Positions 24,382-36,925 of a stretch of 64,000 bases of DNA are shown piece by piece. The position numbers were made by a program, and so were the translations under genes. The DNA comes from Spironucleus salmonicida (taxonomy: Eukaryota): assembly GCF_000497125.1 (NCBI RefSeq), contig NC_090599.1:992001-1056000 (forward strand), in the 5' to 3' direction. Under the pieces are notes generated by a model. The model did not search any database. It saw only the letters and a list, made by a program, of their open reading frames with translations, and was not told the origin of the DNA. Every line of letters begins with the position of its first letter. Position 1 is the first letter of the stretch.

Positions 24382-26028
24382 TCACTCGCCCAACAATCTA
24401 TCATATTCTTCAATAACGCCCTATAATATTTCTCCTTCATTCGCAATTTCAATTTCTTGTATCTCCTCTTTTTTCACTTTATTACCTTATTTACTTCTCA
24501 TTTCTAGCGTCTTTTCTCTTTTACTTTCTCTTTCAAATAATAAATTTACCCATTATTTTTCATATCTTTCTTGAGCAGGATTAACACCTTAAACAAGTCC
24601 GTCAGAAAGTTAACATACACAGCACACACCATCATTGCCTCCGACAACAATGAATCTACCAGAAACATCAAAATCCATGCAATTTGCTTCTGAAGTATTG
24701 AAAATTTAAATTTAAACACTTGGGCCTGATAAGCTTCTAAACATATCATATACATCTAAGAAACCATTTCTACGAATTGCTGCAAATACAGCTGGTCTAG
24801 TCTAAGAGAGCTATAAATCAACATATTAACTATCAGAAACGAAAGAAATCAAAGGTGTTCTGCAATCATCTGCGAAAAATTTAACACACCAATCGCCACA
24901 AGTAGCGAAAAATTTCTAGTGGAAGAAATGGCGTTAAATCTATTTTACAGCACCATGATGGGCAAGGAGTTAGTCAATAGTTTTTGTTTTCTTATTAATA
25001 TTGAAAATATGACCACTTTGTGATCCAGCAAGCACTTTCATATCTAAGTTCAAAGAACAAAGAGGGTATTATAATTGTTCATCATTTTCAAAGTTCATGA
25101 CGTAATTTTCAACTGGTTTTTACATATTTCTATAGTCCCAGAATAATATTTAACCATCAGCACCTACTGTAGCAAATTCACTTCCAGATTTCGACTTCAT
25201 GATTTTAAGTTCAGAAACTTCGCTTTTATGCGAAAATTATATTTCTGATACTGAAATTGGGTAAGAACCTTTTCTTAAATCATACATAGCAACAACTCCA
25301 GTTTATAATCCGCACAATATAATATGCTGATCTTTTTATGAGAATTTTAAGCATGAAATAGGAAATTAAGAGTTAAGAGTAAATTCTGGTTCATTGGAAT
25401 TAGAAATATCAAAAATATAAGCGTTATTAGAAACAGTAAGTTTTTGATTAGATAATTTAGATTCAAGAGTATTGAGTTCCATTTAAGAAAGATTTTAACT
25501 ATAACAAACAGCAAACTTTCTTGGGTTTTTGTTCTATTCAGGCATAAATACTACCTAAGAAACTTGTCTCTTAACAATTTCTGGATCTTTAAAAGTAGCT
25601 AAAATTCTGCAAGTTTCAGAAGTATTCTAAAGTGTTTTTTTAGGCTTAAAATATTCTGATGTAGGATTTTATGCATTATTAAGAAGCAATGCAGGAGATG
25701 AAATAGTCACAGACTTCATGACTGTAGATGTGAAATTAGCCTCTCTTTCAATTTTTTTACGTAGTCTAAGAGTCTATTCAGCATCCTCGGTTTAAGAGCG
25801 TGATTAAGCTTCTGATGTTTTTAATTCTACGGTTACTGTATTGAAGTTGTGTTCGGATAAAAATTAAACATGCGACGAAGAACGATCTTAACGTGGTGCT
25901 TCTGTGAAATTTTAAAGGTCGGCAGGGTTAGGCATAATTTCCAATAATACCTAAGGTTCAAGTTTCTATACCGTACGACGAAGACCAAACTCTTTACGCT
26001 ATTTAGTATAAACTGAAGATATTTCCAT
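24382..26028 (-). CDS. DNAI2: Axonemal outer-arm dynein intermediate chain 2 (IC70/IC69, WD40), 548 aa
   Basis: MEISSVYTKQRKEFG N-terminus, WD40 repeats (HHGAV..., FATCGDW), charged C-terminal coil, stop within AGTGA. Confidence 0.88.
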
Positions 26029-26216
26029 GAAATTGCGGAATGAATTGAAGTGGATAATTTTTAAGTTAATTACATATAATAATAATATATTAACTAAACT
26101 TTTAATTGATATATCTTAAATAATAATGTATACTCTATAAAATTTATCTAAGCTAATAGTAAATATAAATACTAATAATTATATAATAATAAGACTATTT
26201 AATCATTCCGATTTAA

Positions 26217-27281
26217 ATGGGATGTGGACCTATTGACTGTGTGATTAAAAAGAATCAGTCTCTAGTTTAATAACCAGTTGAATCAAATATCAATGATTCA
26301 CTAAATATTAATACTTTATTAACATCATAGGAACCATAAGGTTAATGTCAAAATAATGAATACCATTAGTAATAAAATTCTGATATTCCATAACCATTTA
26401 ATAATGACTTAGATAATACTAAAACTTGGATTAATACTCCAGAACCGCCAATAAACTTAGGAGATGAAGAGGAAGAAAATGAAATCTAAACAGTTAAATA
26501 ATTTTATTTTACCTTGTAGCCAGAACCTTTACCTCCTATTCATTTTGCTAGTACATTTTTAGTATAAAAACAGGAACTAAAACCATATAAAATTATCAAA
26601 ACTAAAAGTATGTTACTAAATGAACAATAATAGATAGCTAATATTGAATAAAACGAAGCAGATACGATGAAATAATAATTATAAGAAAACAACGAATCTA
26701 TTAATGGCAGTACTTCTTAATCAATGAACACTCCTTTGAAAAAGAAAAAGAAATTAACAAAAAGAGGTAGCAAACTTAATGTTTAGGTAAGTGAAATTTC
26801 GCACAAAGAAATTGAAAGCTCTGATAAAGAGGAAAAGGAAACTAGTATCTAGTCTATAGAAGTGTAAATTGAAACGTAACCTAATTAAAGACTAAAACTA
26901 TAAGAAGATGAAATCAAGCTAGCAGACTGTAATGATGCTGTTGATGTTTATGTTGAAGAAGCGAATGAAAGCGATGAAGAAGAACATATATAAGTTGTTC
27001 CTTTATCATAAGGCTATATTTTAGCTGTTATAGAGAAGAATGACCCAGTTGATGAATATATAGAGGATGAAAAATTATATGATGGATCCGAGCATTCAGA
27101 AATTATAGAACAACCATTAGTTTAAGGATAAAATCTAGCTGATATTGAACGTAACGATCCAGTTGATGAATATTTAAGTGAATTATCAATAAAATAGGAT
27201 AACGACAGCGAAAATTACGAGAAGGAACTAACCTAAGGTAAATAATTTTAATTATTAGATGAAAATTAAGAGCAAGAATGA
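26217..27281 (+). CDS. Acidic low-complexity protein with MGC N-terminal acylation motif, 354 aa
   Basis: MGCGPIDC start, E/D/Q-rich, internal repeat NDPVDEY twice. Confidence 0.75.
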
Positions 27282-27282
27282 C

Positions 27283-28065
27283 TCATTATATAGTTTGCTA
27301 TTAAATAATTATATTTTGAAGTTTTGTTATTTTGTTTTTATATTTTGTTTCCAATATAGCATATTATTTATCTTATTATGACTTTAAATATACACTCGTA
27401 TCATCATCAATGGTCTACTATTATTCAATTAAGTATTTTATGATAATAGTCTACTCTTAGTCTACCTTTTTCATTGATTGTAATTAGCATTCCTTGTCTG
27501 ATAGTTAAAGCATTGCTATTTAAACATCATTATCTGATTCAAATAACTATTCCAATAATGAATCTTTAATAATTTTATCGTTATATACAAATTCATTATT
27601 TCTAATAGATTAGTTCTCAACCACCAATCGATCTATAATATTAATCAAATCTTATTCTTACACTAATTTAGATTACAAACTCTATGATATATTAAGCAAT
27701 GAATTATCATCTATTTCCTATTCTAGTTATAATTATTTTATTTCTAATGATGATATTTGGTCTTATTTTTTAATCATTAAAAATTGATAAAGCTGTATTT
27801 ATTTTTACAATTGTTATAATGACTATAAAATATTTTGAGATGAATTTATATGATTCTATTACTATTCAACTAAATAATCAATAATTTTTTGTTACGTTTA
27901 AACTTAAGAATTTAGTTAAAAGTTATCTTGTTTTAAGGTATTAAGTATATCCATATTGTCAGTGCGATGAATAATACTTTCTTAATTACTTACTTATGTT
28001 GCAACGTTATTAGATAATAACTTACTTGTAAATAAATACTGTCTGAAGTAGTTTAAATATTTCAT
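27283..28065 (-). CDS. Hypothetical Gln-rich coiled-coil protein
   Basis: Open frame in the TAR=Gln code ending at TGA 27283-85. Start uncertain (28065 or 27954). Confidence 0.55.
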
Positions 28066-28696
28066 TATATACTTACGTAAAGTATAAATGTATAATATTA
28101 TATATACCCAAACATCACTTATTATATAGATTCTCATTAACTATAATGTTTTGACTTAAATAATTAACGAATATACAGAGGCTGATAAAATAAATTTCAT
28201 TAAATTATGGTAAATATAATTATATATAATTTTTCTAAATACTTCTATCAAGCTACACACCTACTACTGATAAAATTATATAAAATTAAATATAGTCCTT
28301 AGTTTTTAAAAACCTAATGTTAATAATTGCTAATAATCTCATGCTATCATAGAATTAATCTCATTAATTTAAAAAAAAACTATTGAAATTAGTCATTTTA
28401 TTGTCAGTACCTTCGGTACCATTTAGTGCTAATTGACATATTAATATTACAATTTGGTATATACTAATGACGAACATAAAAAATACGCTTACTCGTAAAA
28501 ATACGAACTTTTAATACAATAAGATTAATAATTATAAAATATAAATGAAAATATAATTCCATTCTTAATGCAAATAAGAATTTTTGAACCTGTTGAAGTT
28601 GACTTATTTTAACGAAACCTTTACAATCATCAACGTTCAGAAGTGTTATAGTCAAAAGTTATTGATTAGCATTTTCTATTTCTAACAAAAGAACGA

Positions 28697-29551
28697 ATGA
28701 TTATTTATAATTATGAGTTTATTGTAACCCGTGAAATTGAGAGTGTAGAAGCATTTTATGCACTTACTAATTATGTAGTTGTTGTATAGCGGATAGATGA
28801 TTTCGTTATTATTTCTAGTCTTAATCTTGATGATTATTAACTAGATTCAAAAATTACAGTTCCATTGTCAGAACTAGTAGCCATCGAATTTCACGATATG
28901 CTTTTTGTTCTCTAAGATCGCCAGTACTATAGAGTATTTTAAAATTTTACATTAAAATTAAAATTTCTATCATCAAAGATTCGTATTTTAACGTTATATA
29001 AAAGTGGTGTTACAATTATTAACAATAAAAATATTTTAATTTAAATTGACACAAATTAAACAATTTTATATAAAATGTTACTTAAATTTTAAGTATTTAA
29101 TTAAATGTTCTCTACAACTACACATTGTGCTTTGGTTTGCCCTGATATCTTAATACTAAATTTTAACACTAAAAGTTGTATAAAAGTAGCCTTTTAGTCT
29201 GGTCCAATAAAATTCTATTCAACAAAGTTTCCTGACCATATATTTATACAATCTGGATATAATGTTTATCTTATATCGCTCATCTCATAAAAAGTAATTA
29301 AAAACCTATAAATTTCCTCACCAATTTAGTTATATAATAATTTTATTACATACTAGACTTTTTATGATTCAGAATATTGCTTATCATATATTTATCCGAC
29401 AAATTCAAAGATTAATATATTGCTTAAAATTGATAGACATCTGACACGTTTAATTCATATCGAAGATGACTATCTCATTATAGGCCGTTTTGATGGTGTT
29501 TGTCAAATTTACTCTTGCGTTAATTATGATTGTTAGCCATTTAAATTATGA
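28697..29551 (+). CDS. Hypothetical protein (beta-rich, possibly a divergent propeller), 284 aa
   Basis: ATG to in-frame TGA with protein-like composition, ending IIGRFDGVCQIY. Confidence 0.65.
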
Positions 29552-29609
29552 TCTTAATTATTATTATATATTATAATATTTATTTTTCCCTCCACTCCTC
29601 ATTAACCAA

Positions 29610-30866
29610 ATGCGTCCAATTTTAAATTAAATTTTGCTTTAAAATTTCCCTCATCAGACACATACTGCCCTTTAATTACTTGAAAATCCACTGCAAACCC
29701 GTTCCCATTACAATACACCAGATTTTGACAAACACTTCGCATTCCTTTCAAATTTTGGAATTGCTACTATTATTAAAGTGCCAACTTCCAGAGGTTTGCT
29801 AGACGTATACTACCTGTCACAAGCCGAGCTGCTAGCCCTCATTTCGCGCTCCATGGCAGCCCCATTTTTACCAGAAATTTTCCTCCAGCTTTCGGCTAAA
29901 GGCAGCGGAATTCCGTCGGAATTCCTCAACAACTCCCGCTCAGGCACCCAACAGGCAATTAACAACGATTTTGCGATCCTGTCGCAGCTCTAAATTTTGC
30001 AGCAAAACAAGCTCTTTATCCTCCAAAAACAAGGCATCACGAGCTTCATAGAAGCGAATTCGATCTCCTATGACCCCCGTACGGACTCGTTTTTGAAGCA
30101 CCAGAGCAACAAAAAATCTGTCCTCTGCGCCGCCTCGACAGCCGCGAAATTCTTCAAAAACGAGGAATTTTTGACCGAAAGCTACTTCGTGAACTACCAA
30201 AACGTCCAGAAATTCGCGCAGCTGAAGCTCGCAATTCAGCAACTTTCAGTGAATTTCGACGAGCAATTCGCCAGAATTCTACAATTTGGAGCGGAAACGA
30301 CGCAGGCACACCTGAATTTGGGAAAGAAGTTCGCCATCAAGGACATAATAGATATGTGCCAGTACCAACAGCAGACGATTTCCGGCATTTTGCAGACCGC
30401 GTTCCAGCAGAATCTCGTCGTTTTGAGCGGCGAAAGCTACGAAATTAACGTCGAGGAGATGATATAACAACTGCAATTTGCGAGCTGTGCGAAGATGCTC
30501 AGCAACCGCAACGGGAGCGCCGGAGGGCGTATTTTTCGACTTCTGCTGAATAGGGGCTGTTTGGACGAAAATCAGATAGCGCAGGAAGCGATGATCTCGA
30601 CGAAAACGGCTAGTCAGACCGTCCAGGAGCTCTTCAAATAGGGGTTTTTGTCCTGCAGCAATTTGCAGCGCGGCGAGCTGAACGAAAATAGCATTGTTTT
30701 GTACAGCGTCGAGAGCCAGCAGATGCGCAAAAACTGCCTTGGGGCCTTTAGCAGCGTCCTAGCACGAATTATGGTCAACATGCGGGAGGAGCGCGATAGC
30801 TCGAAGCTGCAAAAACTCTAATATGCGTTTATGAGGGTTTTGCAGGGATATGTTGTATTTCTATGA
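29610..30866 (+). CDS. RPC3: RNA polymerase III subunit RPC3 (C62/C82), 418 aa
   Basis: C-terminal winged helix GSAGGRIFRLLLKQGCLDENQIAQEAMISTKTA matches the POLR3C pattern RIFRL....E.KQ....AMI..K.A. CCACTCC motif upstream. Confidence 0.8.
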
Positions 30867-31963
30867 GAATTGGATAGAGTGAGGTGTTTGTTAGAGTATA
30901 TGTAAAATTTAGATAGTTTGTTGATTTAGATTTATGTTTTAGGAGAAAATGAGGTTTCGGTAGAAAAGTTGTGAATGGTTAATAATTATTAATAAAAATC
31001 TGAAGCTTCTTTATGTGTTGTTAACTAGCGGTATTACTTGTTTTGGAAGTTGATAATTGACTAGTTTCATTTATTTATGGCATGTTGGTGAGTTTTGAAT
31101 ATTTTATGTAGGGGATATGGCTTGATATACTTGTTTATAGGATTAAAATTGAAAAGAAAAAATTATATGCAACTGAAGAAAACTGTGTTCTAAATGTTAA
31201 TTTATAGCATTCTTTATATAGATATAGTAAACCTATATATAATAAATTTCACTGATAAAAAATAAGATTGTATTATCTAAACTGAGGAGGCAAATCTCTA
31301 CTTTAGTCAAAAATATATTAATTAATTTTGTGGTAAACTTGATATTTTTAGTACATAATTATTATTCTTATATTTCAGCTGGATAAAATTTTATATTATT
31401 TACATACTAGATTATTTTTTAGTTAAAAATTCTTAAATCAATAAAAATCTATATGATAGTAATGATTTGATTATAAACAAAAGATGAAATAGTATGCTTA
31501 AACCACTATGATAATAACTACTAATTAATTATGTAAAGAAATTTTACTTATATTTCCTTCAGTAAAATTGAATTATAAACTGAAAACATTAAACCTGATA
31601 TACAATTAAATATCAGAAATAGAAAATGGAACAGCTTAAACTTATCAATAATGGATATTGTAAAAATTGTAAAATTATTAATTTTTCAGCGGTTTTTAGA
31701 GCAGAATTTAAGGTAAGGCGCTAATTAATATATAATTAATAACTATTTTATAGCTAAATATATTTTTAATATAGTAACTATTGTAATGCAAAAAATGATA
31801 TAATTGTTTTAAGTATTCTTAAATAAAGTAGTATATCATATAATGTACTAGCTCTGTAATATTATTTAAAAATTAACATAGTAGTTACTCTCTAAGATAA
31901 TTTTAGCAGATAGAATAAACTAATTTATAATATTATTATTTTAATATATACTTTCGGAAAAAT

Positions 31964-33604
31964 ATGTCTGATGATTCTAATAATAAGGAGCCAGGAAATA
32001 TAGAAGTTCTTAGTAGTTTAGTAACGTATAAACTTTTAAACTAGTCTGATTTAAAGAGGGTAATCATACCTTAAGATGTTTAAGTTTGTTTGATAAAAGA
32101 AGTTTTTATATAACAACTGAAATTTTCTACACCAGAACAACTAAAACATCTCACTTTATGTGGTTCAAGCAGGATGTCAAAATAAGAAATAGATTTTACT
32201 TTACCATAATGCCTCATTACTCTCACATTATAGAATATTTGTGTTGAATAATTGCTTATACCATAAAGTGTAGAAAATATGAATCTAATTAATGTTATAG
32301 CTAATCAAGTTTTTATCTTATAAGATGCTAATATTTCAAGATTAAATCTTATTGGTTTGTATCTAATCAAAGATAGTTCTTAAATAATTAATTTTATATA
32401 AAATGGAACAAGTTTAACATATTTAAACATATTTAGAGTTAATTTAAAGTATCTGGTTATTTCTTAGTCATTAATTTATGTTTATTTAAAAGAAGTAAAA
32501 GGTAATATTTTATTTTCAGAGTGTTCATAAATTTAATAATTATCACTTACTTCATGTTAAACTTAAAACTTGCTTATACCAAACTCTGTTAATACTTTAA
32601 TTTTATTAGATACTCTCCTTAATAATTTAATAATTTAATAATAGAATTCTATATATGATTTTACATTTGAATAAGCATATAATATTAATTCTCGAGGAAT
32701 AATAGAATAAATATAATTTTTTATGAGATTTAATACGAAGTTAAATAAAATTTGTTTATCTAATATAAAATTTACTGATTTATAAATCCCTAAATATATT
32801 TTTAAATGCTTTCTAAATAATTTAAGGTGTGAAATATTAAATATTCTATCAGAGAATTTAACTAATATTTCATTAGTGGAGGTTTATGTAGTTTATTTTT
32901 CAGATTATAATGAATAGTTAAGTTCATCTTTATGTTAATCTAACTAACTATCTTAACTATAAATAGGTTCAGTATAACCGGATAAAGATGAACTGGCAAC
33001 TAGATTCATTGCTAATAATTATAAATAAATATCATAATTAGAGCTTAATTTATAATAGTCTATTTAAGATACCGTTTGTCTCAAAGAATTGTACCTTTCA
33101 AATATTTCTGTGAACATGCTTATTATTTAATAATCTATTTAAATATTAGTTCTTGATAACGTAAAAATAAATTATCTTACACTCAATAATTATACAAGTT
33201 GTCAAAAGCTACATCTTAACACGAGTAATGTAATAATATGCAATTTTATGGAATTTTTATTTAACTCAAACTAGGATATAGAAATTGTTTTATAAAATTT
33301 TAGGGTTAACTAATTTTTACTACCAAGGAAATTAAAAACCATATTACTCATAAATTGTTTCACCAATTTTATTACCGTCGCGAGAGACGGTGGGTATTTC
33401 CAATACCGCGTCCTTGCCGATACCGCCACAGTCGACTTACAGAACGACATTACCAGAGCGGTAGAAAACGAAGTCCTCCAGCACCCAGTACGCCTTACGT
33501 TCCCCACCCATCTAGCCGCCTACGTAACCTTGCGCACCCAGAAGTAGCAGGCCGTCGCGCGTATCCAGAACTTTCTAGCCCAAAGCGAGTTTATCCCAGA
33601 CTGA
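31964..33604 (+). CDS. Leucine-rich repeat-like (FNIP/BspA-like) protein, 546 aa
   Basis: Repeating L.IP.SV..L.L units (LLIPQSVENM, LLIPNSVNTLIL). Frame spot-checked. Confidence 0.65.
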
Positions 33605-35983
33605 GTATTTTATATATAGCACTTTCGCTCCAAATGGAGTTCCTCAGGCACTTGCAATCCTCACCAGCCCCGCTGACGAAAACCGTTAAGTACACCAGGC
33701 ACGTACCAGAACTGGCCAAAATCCACTCACTGTCGCCCCTGATCTACTCGACCCCCACGCACTTCTGCAGCGGAGACGCGAGCCTCCCGCTGCCTAAAAG
33801 CACGATGGTCACGTTCGCAGCGCCCGGCATTCTGGCCAGAAGCGACAACACGCTCTTCCTCTACAGCCAGGAGGGCGCGCGGGTCAATGTCCGCGTCAGC
33901 TTCCGGCGCGTCCAGCACGCCGTGACGCAGGCGCAGCTCTACCAGGACTTCGTCTTCGCGCTCACGCGGAACACGATCTACGTCTCGGACCTCGCGAACA
34001 CTGCGAGCCGGGAAATCCACTTCGAGCACGACGTCCGGCAGTTCCAGATCGTGGACGGCCGGCTGCTCGTCCTGAGCAACAGGCTCTGCCTCTGCGCGCT
34101 GGACGGGACGGTATAGATGGAGTGGCTCCTGGAGGGGGCGGAGCGAATGGAGGCCACCCCGGAGGGCATTCTCGTCGGAGGCGGGGGCAGGGTGTGGCTC
34201 GTCCGGGAGGGCGGCGTGCGGAGCGTCGAGATCGCGGAGCCGGTTCGGTTCCTGAGGTTCCCGCTCGTGGTGTGCGCTGCGCGGGCGTTTGGCCTGAGCG
34301 TGGGGCCTGACGGCTCGCTGGGGGTAGCGAGCGTGTTCGAGGGCTCGCTGGAGCTCTGCGGTGACCTGTTCGCCCGAAACGGGGGCCTGGTGGAGGCCGT
34401 GACGCTGGCGTGCAAATGAATAAAGTAGAAGCTCAGAGACGACTCGCCATGCAGAGGTATGCCATCAGCCCGATTCCGGTGAACACAAACACCAGTCCAG
34501 CGATCACCGCGAAGTGCGTGTAAATGTTGGAGAAGTCCGAGAGCAGCAGCACGCTTGGGAACGGAAATTCGTTTTCCGACTGGACGAAGTTGTAGAGGTT
34601 GGTGTGGTTCGCCACCATCTTCTCGTAAATCACAGCTCGCTCCGCCACGGTGCCGGGCATCGTAACCCCAAATGTATGGTCTTGATACGTTGATGTGCAC
34701 TGCAACTTGCCGTTGAACACGTAGTCGATGACGAAGCTGAACGCTATCTGCCGGGACTGGTACGACTCCGGCTAGACACCGAGGATGTAGTTCGCCACCG
34801 AGTGCCCTTGCGTCGAGCACTTTTCGGAGTCGTACGTCTAGATTTGCACGCAGAGCTCGTCGCGCCTAAAGAAGGCCTGAATGTTCTGGAAGCAGCTGAG
34901 CTTGGCCTCCAGGAGAACGGACTCCTCGTCCAGTATTACGTCGTTCTCGTCCCTGTAGGTCATGTAGCTGATGAGACTACCAGAACCGATAGCCTCGAAC
35001 CCTGGTATCGCGACATCGAGCCTCAATATGAACCCCACCTTATTGATGAACTGGTCCTTCGTGTTTATCTCCGGGGCGGACGAGTAGTTGAAGGCCTCCG
35101 TGATGACGCGCAGCTGGTTGTGCACGCTGACCGTGTTCTGGTTGCATTCTGTATGAGTAGAAAACATCACGTTGTTACTGAACGCCAGAATCTGTGTCGC
35201 GGAGATGTAGCCGACGGGCTTCAACTAGGAGTAGCACGGGCTGGCGATCGACAGGATGAGGTGCGGCTCAGCCAGAATAACTTGGTCCAGTTTGTTTATC
35301 TTCGTCACGAGGTGCAGCCGCGTCTGGATGGTCCGGTTCCGCTCGAAATGAACGAAAAATTCTTTGAAGGTGGCGACTTCGGCCGGGTCCGTCAGCGTGC
35401 TGAGCGGTTGTTTGAAATGCTTTGTGGCCTTCTGGTCGAACGCTTACGTGGAGTCGTAGTAGCCAGCCTCCCCGCTTACGCCCTGGACCCCGAAGGATCT
35501 CCACCGCTCCTCGGCGAAGTACTCGAATTTGACCACGGGTGCCGTGATCTGGCAGTCGAGCGGCGTGCCGTCCATCTGGAGGAACTCGTGGCCCGCCGAC
35601 CGGTTGTAGCGGAGCACCAGGTCGTCCCAGCAGTTGGTCGCGTTCATCTGCGTGTGCTGGATGGTCTGGACGGCCCCTGGGGACTCCAGGGAGCCCACCA
35701 GCTTCACCTGGTATGACAGCAGCGATTTCGCAGCGATGAGGGTGTATTTCGCTACATCTGAGGATAGGTCAAATACTATGATGTTTGGCACGCTCTGAAA
35801 GTACGTGAACTCTGAGTCTATGGTCTGGACCTTATTCGCTGAGTCAAGATACTCTAGCGAGCATGTTGACACGCGGCCATCAGCTGCTACGCAGAGCTCA
35901 TCGTTCTCAGGAGCCGGCGTCAACACCAATTTGAATATCTTCGATTACGTGTCACCTTCAAGTACTGCGTTGTCCTGGAAGCA
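33349..35983 (+). repeat. Outer inverted duplication, copy A (~2.6 kb)
   Basis: Reverse complement of 54445-57079 (coordinates sum to 90428). Mirrored ORFs with only scattered substitutions. Confidence 0.97.
33634..34419 (+). CDS. Hypothetical protein, 261 aa (copy A)
   Basis: MEFLRHLQSS..., reads through TAG 34114, GC3-rich. Confidence 0.8.
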
Positions 35984-36013
35984 TCGTATTTCCTCTGCAA
36001 CAACCAGAAACAT
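34433..36013 (-). CDS. Type I membrane protein, 526 aa (copy A)
   Basis: Short leader MFLVVAEEIRCF, Cys-containing ectodomain, C-terminal TM FAVIAGLVFVFTGIGLMAYLCM. Confidence 0.85.
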
Positions 36014-36654
36014 TTTATTTAGTTTATACATTATCATTATAAATATAGATATTTACTCGTTATTTATCGAAGTTAAAATTATAATTTGTTTAAAAATAAT
36101 AAGTTGATAAAATATCATAAACTTTTTTATAGTTCATCTTATGATTGTTATTTAATTATTTAGTTAATAAATAAATAAAATTAGAATTCTAATATATTTT
36201 AAGATAAAGTTCATACTTATAAATTTAACTTTTAAAGATGTACTCGAAGCCTTTGTGATAAAATAATATTTAAATATTTTTGATTTTAAGAAAAGCTAAC
36301 TATTATAAAATACTTTATTCTTGAGATTTTAGAATTTTTGAGTATATAGCACAAGTAGTAATAATAATATATTTGTAAACTGATAATATTCTACAATTAT
36401 GCGATTCAAACTTCTCATAACAATAAAATTAAAGAAACATTCTACTATAGTTACAATAAAGTAATAATTCTAGTAAGCTTAACCAATATACTCGTAAATT
36501 ACTTATCCTATACTCGTAATACGCCTAATTAATGCAATAATTTAATTAATTTTTACCAGAGAACATTTTTAAGCAACAATAATGCTTATTTTATTTGAGT
36601 AAAGATATTCCTTAAAATATTAGGTTGAATTTAATAATTATATCTAATATTTAT

Positions 36655-36726
36655 TCCCAAATGGTATAACGGTTAGCATTTCTGGTTTTCACCCAGGAGA
36701 TCCGGGTTCGATTCCCGGTTTGGGAG
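36655..36726 (+). tRNA. tRNA-Glu (TTC)
   Basis: TCCCAAA/TTTGGGA acceptor stem, loop TT-TTC-AC, CCGGG-TTCGATT-CCCGG T-arm. Confidence 0.95.
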
Positions 36727-36925
36727 TAATTTTATTTTAGATCATTAAGACGTTATATTATTATTAACCAATAGTAATTTTTATATTGGTCATACGGGCG
36801 TACGTATTAATATTATTTAAATTTTAATTTGATTAACATTTATCACCCAATATTAACAATAAAGTCATATTAAATTAATTAATGTTTTACTTATTATTAT
36901 ATGTTGGTATGTATTATATAGTTAG

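Noticed and set aside
34802-35716. 304-aa and 280-aa ORFs in the ORF track (and mirrors at 54712 and 55608), plus the antisense ORFs over the CRMPs
   Set aside because: These are shadow or antisense frames of GC3-rich real genes.
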